Part shown: in pieces, positions 10,562-19,672 of the stretch | How positions within the stretch are numbered: the stretch's first letter is position 1 | How the letters are laid out: every line of letters starts with the position of its first letter | NCBI GenBank assembly: GCA_965212015.1 | Contig: OZ243037.1 | Location: forward strand, 416,001 to 480,000 | Direction: 5' to 3' | Length of the DNA stretch: 64,000 nucleotides | From: Cenarchaeum sp. | GTDB lineage: Archaea; Thermoproteota; Nitrososphaeria; Nitrososphaerales; Nitrosopumilaceae | Notes under the pieces: generated by a model | What the model was told of the DNA's origin: nothing | Databases searched by the model: none | Seen by the model: the letters and a program-made list of their open reading frames with translations, nothing else | Position numbers and translations under genes: made by a program

Positions 10562-10660
10562 GGCCGGAAAGTGGTGGAAATAATTTAACCAATTCTTCGA
10601 TAGCAGTTTACACCCATGAATACCAACCAAGATCAACAGTTAATGCCTGACAGGTAATTT

Positions 10661-11857
10661 ATGATGAGTTTAGCCCCACAAGAGTTGGAAAACAGCGCAA
10701 GCAGGCACGCATCTGAGGCCATAAAGTGCGATTCGCAGGGCGCGCGCGGCATGGCCATAACAAACTATCAAAAGGCCATCGACTCGCTGATGAAGCTGTT
10801 GCGGCTTTATCCGCACAGCAAGCTCAACCCCATCTACAAGGAGCGAGCCGCATCATACCAAAAGAGGATAAAGATACTGCGCGAGTCAAGCTCAGTCGAG
10901 CCGGCAGTGGATCCTAGCGCGTCTCCCTCGGAGAGAAAGGCCAGCCTGGAGGGCCAGCAGGCAAAAAACGACTTTGAGGACATGATAATGAAGGAAAAGC
11001 CAAACATCAGCTGGACAGAGGTAATCGGGCTGGATGATGCGAAAAACGCGCTGCGCGAGTCAATCGTATATCCGTCGCAGAGACCCGACCTGTTTCCGCT
11101 GGGCTGGCCCCGCGGAATGCTGCTGTACGGCCCCCCCGGATGCGGAAAGACGATTCTGGCCGCCGCGACTGCAAGCGAGATTGACGGTTATTTTATCAAT
11201 GTTGATGCCGCATCGATGATGAGCAAGTGGCTCGGCGAGGCAGAAAAAAACGTCTCGAATCTTTTCAAAATGGCCCGCAGCAACGCAGAAAAGGAGGACA
11301 AGCCGGTCATACTGTTCGTCGACGAGGTGGACTCGCTTTTGGGATCAAGGAACAGCGAGGTGGGCGGCGAGATCAGGGTAAAGAACCAGTTTTTGACCGA
11401 GATGGACGGGGTGAACGGAAAGGGCAAAAACATAATGATGTATGTAATCGGGGCGACTAACAAGCCGTGGAGCCTGGACTGGCCGTTTTTGAGAAGGTTC
11501 CAGAAAAGAATCTATGTAAACCTGCCCACGATAAAGGCAAGGGAGAGCCTGTTTGAACTGTACACAAAGCCGCTCAAAAAGGACGCAAAGCTCAGGGTGC
11601 AGATGCTGGCAAAGCTCTTCGAGGGATACAGTGCAAGCGACATCAAGGACGTCTGCCAGTCCGCACAGCTAAAGGTGGTCCACGAACTGTTCGACTCTAG
11701 CGGGTATCACGAGCCAATCAAAGGCGAGGTGGCCACAAAGCCGCGAGACATTACGGTCTCGGACTTTAGGGAGATAATAACCCGGAGAAGGCCAAGCGTT
11801 TCAAACGAGATGCTGCGCGCATACTCAAAGTGGAGCGACGAGTTCAAGGCGCTATAG
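10661..11857 (+). CDS. cdvC: Cell-division AAA ATPase CdvC (Vps4 homolog), MIT + AAA domains
   Basis: N-terminal MIT helices, Walker A GPPGCGKT, SKWLGEAEK pore loop, FVDEVD Walker B, RRFQKRIYV. Confidence 0.92.
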   Translation: MMSLAPQELENSASRHASEAIKCDSQGARGMAITNYQKAIDSLMKLLRLYPHSKLNPIYKERAASYQKRIKILRESSSVEPAVDPSASPSERKASLEGQQAKNDFEDMIMKEKPNISWTEVIGLDDAKNALRESIVYPSQRPDLFPLGWPRGMLLYGPPGCGKTILAAATASEIDGYFINVDAASMMSKWLGEAEKNVSNLFKMARSNAEKEDKPVILFVDEVDSLLGSRNSEVGGEIRVKNQFLTEMDGVNGKGKNIMMYVIGATNKPWSLDWPFLRRFQKRIYVNLPTIKARESLFELYTKPLKKDAKLRVQMLAKLFEGYSASDIKDVCQSAQLKVVHELFDSSGYHEPIKGEVATKPRDITVSDFREIITRRRPSVSNEMLRAYSKWSDEFKAL

Positions 11858-11894
11858 CCTGCGCGTCCGGACACGGGGGTTTCCGCAATTGCGA

Positions 11895-12700
11895 TCAATT
11901 ACCACGGGCACGTTTAGCGAGTCGCCATACCGGCGGTCCCTCGTTCATATAGCGGGTGGTGCCGCGCCTCTTTGAGTCCGGCGCGTTTATTGCAAACGGC
12001 TCGTCGTACAGCGTCTCGCAGAACGGTACGCCATCTATGTTCAGCCGCACGCACAGCTCGTCTTTGTCTGCGGGCAGGCACCGTACGCGCGATACCACAA
12101 ATGCGGCGTCCTGGACTATCACGCTGTTTTCGCTTGAATATTCCAGTCCATCCTGTACGTGGAGTCCAGGTTAGTTGCGTATCAGGTTTACGTTAATCTG
12201 CGCCTCTGCCAGGTTTAGGGGCGAGCCTATTCCGGGCGTGCCAAAGCCGATGTTAAACGGGCGCAGGCCGTTTTGCGCGTACGCCTTGGCGCAAAGTCGC
12301 AAAGCGAGTCAGTCCATGGTATTGCCGTTTGTAATCGACGTGATAGTCAGTTACGTCGCGGCAGACATTGTCCATGGAATAGCCGCAGTCCACTGTTTTT
12401 TGGCCAGTCGTGTACGACTTGGCAAACGTCGGCTTTGTCCCCCACTGCGTGCCGTCATCGCCGTCTGGCGATGTGCACTCGCCAAAGACGATGGTGTCGG
12501 TTATAATAGCCGTGTTGCCGTCCGCATCGGTGGCAGTAATGGCGACCGTATTTCACACCAGATCGACACAGGTGTGCCCCTCATTGGCCAGGACAAGACA
12601 CGGCATCTCGTCGGCGTTCTGTGCCGTCATGGGCACGACTTTGATCAGATCACCGCCCGTGTCAATTACCGTCACATAGGACGCTGCGGCAAAGGCGGCA
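11895..12700 (-). pseudogene. Decayed fragment of a surface-protein gene (last Ig-like domain + conserved C-terminal domain)
   Basis: 12394-12463 matches window 1-70 at 65/70 nt. Reads ...CVDLV*NTVAITATDADGN...TQWGTKPTFAKSYTTGQKTVDCGYSMDNVCRDV, frameshift, KAYAQNGLRPFNIGFGTPGIGSPLNLAEAQ...*, frameshift, ...DEPFAINAPDSKRRGTTRYMNEG. Boundaries approximate. Confidence 0.8.
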
Positions 12701-12988
12701 TTCTTTGGAGGGGCCGGCATGGAATGCGCAATCTCGAATCCCCCATCCGGGCGGCAATAGAAAGGCTGCCATCGGCAGGCTCCTGCATATGCCCTTGCCA
12801 GAAAACGCCTTTCCTGTGTGCCAGACGGCATATTTTCCAGCATCCGCCCCTTCCTTGACTATACATTAGGGGGCACGCACGCTCGTGATCCAAACATGTG
12901 CTAGCCGAAAAGGCCGGATCTCCCGTTTAAATGAAATTAGGCACAACTTTCAATTATCCAAAAAACATAAATTCGCAACTCTAACCAC

Positions 12989-14161
12989 TTGACGAGGGTC
13001 ACAATTTCCACTAAAAAATCACAACACGCAGGCAAAAACGCCAAACTGATCTTCGATGACGGGACGGTTTTGGAGGGGAGCGGATTTGGCCATCCGGCCA
13101 CCGTTTATGGTGAGATCGTCTTTAACACGGGGATGGTCGGATATACAGAGACCCTCACCGATCCGTCATATCGCGGTCAAATCCTGACCATTACGTACCC
13201 GCTTGTCGGAAACTATGGCGTGCCAGACGGCAGCCAGAAGGACGGGGACGGCATATCAAGATACTTTGAGTCAGACAAAATCCAGATCCGCGGCCTGGTA
13301 GTCCACGAGCTCTCCACCACTGCAAGCCACTGGAATCTTGCAATGACGCTAGACGAATGGATGTACAACGAGAAAATTCCCGGAATATCGGGCATCGACA
13401 CGAGGCAGCTGACAAAAAAACTCCGGGACGGCGGCGTGAGGATGGCCGCCCTGGCAGTATCAGACGGCCAGATATCCCCAGACGGAATAGCCGGTGATCT
13501 CAGGCGCGCAAAAAAATACGATTCAGAGGAGTTTATGGATGCAGTGTCCACAAAAAAGACACAGTCGTTTGGCAGCAGCGCAGATGCCGTGGTGGTGATA
13601 GACACGGGTGCAAAAAACGCAATACTGCGAAACGTCTGCGAGATGGGATACAGGGCAGTCAAGGTGCCGTGGAACGCGCCGATTGAGGACATACTATGCC
13701 ACAACCCGAGCGGCGTGATAATCAGCAACGGCCCCGGAGACCCGCAAAAATGCCCCGACACCATAAGGACTGCAAAGTCGCTGATTCAAAAAAACATACC
13801 CACGCTCGGAATCTGTCTTGGCGCGCAGATAATAGGACTGGCAGGAGGTGCGGAGACGTACAAGCTAAAGTACGGACACCGCGGACAGAACAAGTCGTGC
13901 CTCAACCTGGGGGACGGCCAGGTATATGTGACCAGCCAGAACCACGGATACGGCATCAGCCCGCAGTCACTTGACGGCTCCGAGTTTGACCTGTGGTTTA
14001 CAAACACCGACGATCACACAGTGGAGGGAATAAGGCACAGGACCCAAAACTGCATCGCCGTCCAGTTCCATCCCGAGGCGTCCCCGGGACCTTACGATTG
14101 CAAATTCGTTTTCAAACAACTGCAAGCCATGATGGAGGAGGGAAACCCTGCCAAAAAATGA
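12989..14161 (+). CDS. carA: Carbamoyl-phosphate synthase small subunit
   Basis: GEIVFNTGMVGY, TDPSY, SNGPGDP, GICLG, QNHGY, QFHPEASPGP; exact start uncertain. Confidence 0.97.
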   Translation: MTRVTISTKKSQHAGKNAKLIFDDGTVLEGSGFGHPATVYGEIVFNTGMVGYTETLTDPSYRGQILTITYPLVGNYGVPDGSQKDGDGISRYFESDKIQIRGLVVHELSTTASHWNLAMTLDEWMYNEKIPGISGIDTRQLTKKLRDGGVRMAALAVSDGQISPDGIAGDLRRAKKYDSEEFMDAVSTKKTQSFGSSADAVVVIDTGAKNAILRNVCEMGYRAVKVPWNAPIEDILCHNPSGVIISNGPGDPQKCPDTIRTAKSLIQKNIPTLGICLGAQIIGLAGGAETYKLKYGHRGQNKSCLNLGDGQVYVTSQNHGYGISPQSLDGSEFDLWFTNTDDHTVEGIRHRTQNCIAVQFHPEASPGPYDCKFVFKQLQAMMEEGNPAKK

Positions 14162-17100
14162 GACGCTGAAAAAGATTCTCGTTCTAGGCAGCGGGGCAAT
14201 AAAAATCGGAGAAGCCGGCGAAAGTCGCTAAAACGACCGCAAATTTGACTACTCCGGTAGCCAGTGCCTCAAGGCAATTCGCGAGGACGGACTGCAAAGT
14301 GTGCTGATAAACCCAAACATCGCCACGATTCAGACGGACACCAGGTTTGTGGACAAGGTGTATTTGCTTCCAGTCGACAGGCAGTATGCGGGATCCATAA
14401 TAGAGTCCGAGCGGCCCGACGGCCTGATGCTTGCCTTTGGCGGCCAGACTGCGCTCAACTGCGGCGTGGCCCTAGACGAGTCGGGAATCCTCAAAAAATA
14501 CGGAATCAAGGTCCTGGGAACGCAGGTGTCCGGAATCAAAAGGACCGAAAACAGGCAGCTCTTCAAGGACTCGATGAAGGAATGCGGAATGCCGGTCCTC
14601 AAGAGCAGCACCGTCACCAGCTTTGATGACGCAAAAAAGGCCGCAAAAGGCCTGGGATACCCCGTCATCGTGCGAGTCGCATACACGCTGGGCGGAAAGG
14701 GCGGCGGCGTGGCATACAACGAGATTGAGCTACACGAGATAGTAGAGCGCGGCATCAATGCGAGCCTTGTCGGGCAGGTCCTCATCGAGGAGTATATCGG
14801 CCACTGGAAGCAGATAGAGTACGAGGTGATGCAGGACTGCTCTGCAAACAGCGTCATCGTATGCAACATGGAAAACGTGCTTTCGATGAGGGTGCATACG
14901 GGCGACAACATTGTGGTGGCCCCCTCGCAGACCATCAACAACCGCGAATACCACATGATGCGCTCCGCTGCGCTGCGTGCCACAAGGCACGTGGGCATAA
15001 TCGGCGAGTGCAACATACAGTACGCCCTTGATCCCGGCTCGGACAGGTATGTCGCAATAGAGATAAACCCGCGCCTTTCGCGCTCCTCTGCGCTTGCCAG
15101 CAAGGCCACGGGGTATCCGATAGCGTACATGGCAGCAAAGATCGGGCTGGGCTACTCGCTGCCGGAGCTCTCAAACCACATTACAAAGTCGACTACGGCG
15201 TGCTTTGAGCCGTCGCTTGACTATATAGTCTGCAAGCATCCGCGCTGGGATTTCTCAAAGTTCGAGCAGGTAAACCGAAGGATAGGTGTCACCATGAAGT
15301 CAGTAGGCGAGGTAATGGCAGTGGGCAGGACGTTTGAGGAGTCGCTTCAAAAGGCGATTCGCATGCTCGATATCGGGCGCGACGGCCTAGTCCTGAACAG
15401 GACCGACGGCAGCACGTACGACGAGGAACAGATAGAAAACCACCTTGGCAATCCCGATGATCTCATACTGTACCATGTCGCAGCAGCGCTAAAGAAGGGG
15501 ATTTCAGTCCAAAAGATATACGCGCTCTCCTCCATCGATCCGTGGTTTATAGAAAAGATAAAAAACATTGTCTGCGTCGAGGAGCAGATCAAAGGCGGGC
15601 TGGATGCAGGAATGCTGCGCCGGGCCAAGGCGTCCGGATTTTCTGACAGGCAGATTGCGCACGCCGTCAGCTCCACGCCCGAGGAGATACGCAAGATGCG
15701 CAAGGAGCACCGCATAGTGCCGTGCGTCAAGCAAATAGACACGCTGGCAGCAGAATGGCCCGCAAAGACGAACTATCTCTACCTTACCTACGGGGGATGC
15801 GCCAACGACATCAAAGTCGAGCAGGACAAAAAGGGGATAATGGTGCTAGGTGCCGGCCCGTACAGGATTGGCAGCAGCGTAGAGTTCGACTGGGGGACAG
15901 TCAACATGGTAGGCGGCCTCAAAGAGCACGGCGAAAAAAACGTCTCCATAGTAAACTGCAACCCCGAGACTGTCTCGACTGATTACGACATTTGCGACAG
16001 GCTGTACTTTGAGGAGATTACCGACGAGAGGATTCTGGACATTGTAGAGTTTGAGGATCCAAGGGGGGTGATAACGTGCGTGGGCGGCCAGACGGCAAAC
16101 AACCTTACGCCAAAGCTTGCAGAGTGCGGCATAAGCATACTTGGAACCAGCGCAAAAAACGTCGATTCGGCGGAGAACCGCTCAAAGTTCAGCAGCGTGC
16201 TAGACACGCTGCACATAAAGCAGCCGCTGTGGCAAGAGTTCACAAGTTTGGGCGAGGCCAAGAGCTTTGCCCAGCAGGTGGGCTATCCGGTAATCGTGAG
16301 GCCATCGTACGTCCTGAGCGGCGCGGCGATGAAGACCGTATGGTCGCAGGGGGAGCTCAAGACGTACGTCAAGGAGGCAACTGACGTCTCGCCGGATCAC
16401 CCCGTCGTCATATCAAAGTTCATGCTAGACTCGCTAGAGGTGGACGTCGACGGCGTCTGCGACGGCAAAAACATAGTCATCGGTGCAATCGTCGAGCACA
16501 TCGACAGCGCCGGCGTCCACTCGGGTGATGCAATGATGTGCATTCCGCCGTGGAGGCTAAGCAACAAGGTAATCGAGACCATAACTGACTATACCAACAA
16601 GATTGCGCTGCGCTTTGACATACGCGGCCCGTTTAACCTGCAGTTTCTGGTGCACGAGGGGCACGTATACGTGATAGAGCTAAACATACGCGCGTCGCGA
16701 TCCATGCCGTTTGTCTCAAAGCTCGTAAGGCTGAACCTCATTCATCTTGCGGCAGGAGCGATTTTGGGCAAGGGCCTGCCGGATATTCCCAACGACCGGT
16801 GGAAAAAGACCAACAACTATGGGATAAAGGTGCCGCAGTTCTCATTCATGCAGCTAGACGGGGCCGACATTGTGCTCGGAGTGGAGATGCAGTCCACCGG
16901 CGAGGCCGCCTGCTTTGGCACCAGCTTTTATGACGCGCTATCCAAGGGACTCACCTCCGTGGGGTACAACCTGCCAAAGTCCGGCACCGCCCTAATCACG
17001 ATAGGCGGCACGAAAAACAAGGAAAAGCTGCTCTCCACCGTGGCGCACCTGAAAAGCCTGGGATTCGAAATCCTGGCCACCGAGCACACTGCAGAGTTTT

Positions 17101-17471
17101 TCCAGGAAAAGATACCGGACATAAAGATAGTGCACAAGATAAGCGAGCCGGAGCGAAAGCCGAACATATCGGATCTTCTGCATGGCAGAAAAATCGACTT
17201 TATCATCAACATTCCGAGCACGTCGACTCTGGAAAAATACGTGGGCATGCTGTACGACGAGTACCAGATAAGAAGAAAGGCCCTCGAGCTGGGAATCCCG
17301 GTCCTTACCACCACCGAGCTTGCCGAGTCGTTCGTAAAGACGCTGGAATGGCTCCAAAACAACGAGACTACAAAGCTGCCACTGGCCCCCTACAAGGAGG
17401 TGTTCTATGACCGTGGAACACGAGGGACGGAGGATGCGCGCCCGTCCGGCACGAAGCATTCAGCAGACTAA
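14148..17471 (+). CDS. carB: Carbamoyl-phosphate synthase large subunit, join(14148..14222,14244..17471), 1100 aa after removal of the 21-nt insert
   Basis: CTG start after GGAGGAGG gives (M)PKNETLKKILVLGSGAIKIGEAGE|FDYSGSQCLKAIREDG...INPNIATIQTD. Two ATP-grasp halves and an MGS domain follow. The ORF-track start at 14301 omits the conserved N-terminus. Confidence 0.93.
14223..14243 (+). other. Candidate 21-nt bulge-helix-bulge (tRNA-type) intron in carB mRNA
   Basis: AGTCGCTAAAACGACCGCAAA splits E|F of the invariant motif. It contains an in-frame TAA (14229-31) in the loop of a GTCG/CGAC hairpin, flanked by GCG/CGC pairing and 3-nt AAA/AAT segments. Confidence 0.8.
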
Positions 17472-17484
17472 TTTTTATAGTAAT

Positions 17485-17592
17485 TTGGCGTACAGTTGGC
17501 AGGTAAAAATGAAAAGATTCAAGCATACGAATTTAGAGTTGGAACTGGCCAAGATAAAGGCAGAAAAGGCCAAAGACAAAAAGAGGAAATAG
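17485..17592 (+). CDS. Small basic Lys-rich peptide (35 aa; alternative start 17509)
   Basis: (M)AYSWQVKMKRFKHTNLELELAKIKAEKAKDKKRK followed by a T-run. Confidence 0.45.
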   Translation: MAYSWQVKMKRFKHTNLELELAKIKAEKAKDKKRK

Positions 17593-17694
17593 GCGCCGCC
17601 TCTGATTTTTTTTATGCCGGCACATTGACGGTTTCAGGCCCCCCATGGCAGGCGTTTGAAAAAGCACATAAGGTGCGATTGGCACAAATAGGGA

Positions 17695-18111
17695 TTGGCA
17701 GTCTGGCTTGGCCCCATATTTTTAAAAGAAGAGGGCGGATACGAGATAGTCATGCGGGCCCTTGAGCACTATACCAGGAGGCTAAGGACCGTCGGCGCGT
17801 CCCCGGAGCTGGAATCAGCCGCAATGTTTTCGCAGATCGTGCTACAAGAGGCGCGCAAAAAGCACCCAGAGGTCGCAGGCCTGCTGTCCCGCATGCGGCG
17901 GTGCCTTGGCGACGCATCAGGCCTCGGGACGCTGGAAAAAGACATTCCCGTGTTTGTTGCCGCCCTAGAGTCGTACAATGCCGACATGCTCAAGGCCAGG
18001 GACTCCCGGCACGAGTACTATCAAAGGCTGGTCGACGCATCCCGCATCACCGAAGACGAGATGGCCGCAGTCCGGACGGCCCTGAAAAAGATCCGGTCGT
18101 ATGCTGAATGA
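17695..18111 (+). CDS. Hypothetical protein
   Basis: 138-aa ORF (WLGPIFLKEEGGYEIVMRALEHY) with typical codon usage. Confidence 0.75.
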   Translation: MAVWLGPIFLKEEGGYEIVMRALEHYTRRLRTVGASPELESAAMFSQIVLQEARKKHPEVAGLLSRMRRCLGDASGLGTLEKDIPVFVAALESYNADMLKARDSRHEYYQRLVDASRITEDEMAAVRTALKKIRSYAE

Positions 18112-18123
18112 CTGCATTGTCCG

Positions 18124-18246
18124 CTATGTTCTTTTTAAAGTCATAAAATCAACCGTTTTGATTGTGCCGTCTCTGACACCCTTCAAAAAGGCCTCTGCTT
18201 CTTTGGAGTCTTTCTCGGTCCAAAAGAGTTTTTCCCTTGGAATCAT
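18124..18246 (-). CDS. Small hypothetical protein (40 aa), antitoxin-like
   Basis: MIPREKLFWTEKDSKEAEAFLKGVRDGTIKTVDFMTLKRT; TATATAAAA about 20 nt upstream. Confidence 0.45.
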   Translation of the reverse strand: MIPREKLFWTEKDSKEAEAFLKGVRDGTIKTVDFMTLKRT

Positions 18247-18432
18247 GTGTGATAATTGAATCCGCTGTTTTATATATTTTCCATATAAAATCATCGTCTG
18301 TCAGTTCCGTTTTGACATCCCGGCGCCTGCCTTTCTGCCGGCAGGCGTGCCGCAGCCGCGCGCGTCCGGGAAAAAAACGTGCATTGCTGCGGGCAAAACC
18401 ATTAAACTGGCAGGCATCCGCACGTGTCCTGT

Positions 18433-19107
18433 ATGACGCTGTTTGTCACAGGAACCGATACCGACGTGGGCAAGACCGTAATCTCTGCCGGGCTTGCAAG
18501 GGCCATGTCGGATTCGGGAATCGACGTCGGGGTGATGAAGCCATTTGCCGCAGCACAGATCGATTCCGGACACGAGTCAGATGCGGGGATTCTGGCAAAG
18601 GCCGCGCGCGTCACAGACCCGGAATCGTCAATCACGCCGCAGTTTTTTTCCATTCCTGCATCGCCTTACACCGCATCCAGGATGCTTGGCGTACAGGTGG
18701 ATCTAAAGCTGGTGCTAGATGAGTTCGGCAGGCTGAGCAAATCCCACGATATGATGCTAGTGGAGGGAATGGGCGGCATAATGACGCCGATATTAAAGGA
18801 CTATTTTGTGGCCGACCTGATCTGCGACATGGATGCAAGGGCAGTAATCGTCATCAAGAACAGCATTGGAACCATAAGCCATACAGTAATGACGCATAAA
18901 ATGTGCCAGAGTTACGGACTGCAGGTGGCAGGCGTCATCATTAACGAGATTGACTCGCGCGGGTACGCGACAGGCGGGCTAAAGCGCGACATTGAGGGCC
19001 TTACCGGGCTTTGCGTGCTAGGCTCCGTTCCGAGGATGGAGCGGCCCGATGCAGACCGCACCGCCGGCGTGATCAAGAAAGAAATCCTGCCGGCAATACT
19101 GGGCTAG
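18433..19107 (+). CDS. bioD: Dethiobiotin synthase
   Basis: FVTGTDTDVGKT, MKP, LVEGMGG. Confidence 0.95.
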   Translation: MTLFVTGTDTDVGKTVISAGLARAMSDSGIDVGVMKPFAAAQIDSGHESDAGILAKAARVTDPESSITPQFFSIPASPYTASRMLGVQVDLKLVLDEFGRLSKSHDMMLVEGMGGIMTPILKDYFVADLICDMDARAVIVIKNSIGTISHTVMTHKMCQSYGLQVAGVIINEIDSRGYATGGLKRDIEGLTGLCVLGSVPRMERPDADRTAGVIKKEILPAILG

Positions 19108-19158
19108 TCCCCGCATACACATTCAAATTGCCTCAGGAATTGCCTGCGGTAAATATTC

Positions 19159-19671
19159 TCACGCCAAAAACCTGAATTTGGAGCCGGCCGAGGCAGCAGA
19201 CCCCAGTATGTCATCCAGAATGCCCGGAAATGTCCCGTCGCCCAGCGAGTATGTCTTTTCATCCAGGCTCCTCTCTGTCACGTACCAGATGTTCTGCCGG
19301 TGCGGCTGGAGCGCCCGCATCGATTCAATTTGCTGCCCTATGTCCGAGTCGTGCAGATCGGGAATGCAGATCAGAATGGCGTTGCGCGGGTCTTTTTTTA
19401 GCGCCGCAAGGCCGGGAATCACAATGTCAACCTGCGTGCCCTGCGCGCACACCTTTCTCTGGCTGGGCACCAGCGTAATGGCAAGCAGATAGTGCAATAG
19501 TGACGTCAAAAGCGCAGCAGTCCGGACGGGGGGCTCTTTTGTGGCACAGGATATTATCTCGCAAATTACGCGGCGGCTCTGTCCTGCCAGTATGCCCCTT
19601 TGGATGTTTTTTTCGCCAACCATACAGATTGCGTCATACAGCGCCTGCTTTGCCGGATCAGGGTGTTCCAT
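19159..19671 (-). CDS. Hypothetical protein downstream of HMG-CoA synthase
   Basis: ATG 2 nt after the upstream stop; LLHYLLAITLVPSQRKV...VDIVIPG. Confidence 0.7.
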   Translation of the reverse strand: MEHPDPAKQALYDAICMVGEKNIQRGILAGQSRRVICEIISCATKEPPVRTAALLTSLLHYLLAITLVPSQRKVCAQGTQVDIVIPGLAALKKDPRNAILICIPDLHDSDIGQQIESMRALQPHRQNIWYVTERSLDEKTYSLGDGTFPGILDDILGSAASAGSKFRFLA

Positions 19672-19672
19672 C

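Noticed and set aside
14229-14231. Sec/Pyl recoding or simple nonsense pseudogenisation of carB
   Set aside because: TAA is not a Sec/Pyl codon. Readthrough would leave 7 extra residues in an invariant motif. The rest of carA/carB shows no decay, and the insert is structured with cut sites that restore the motif.
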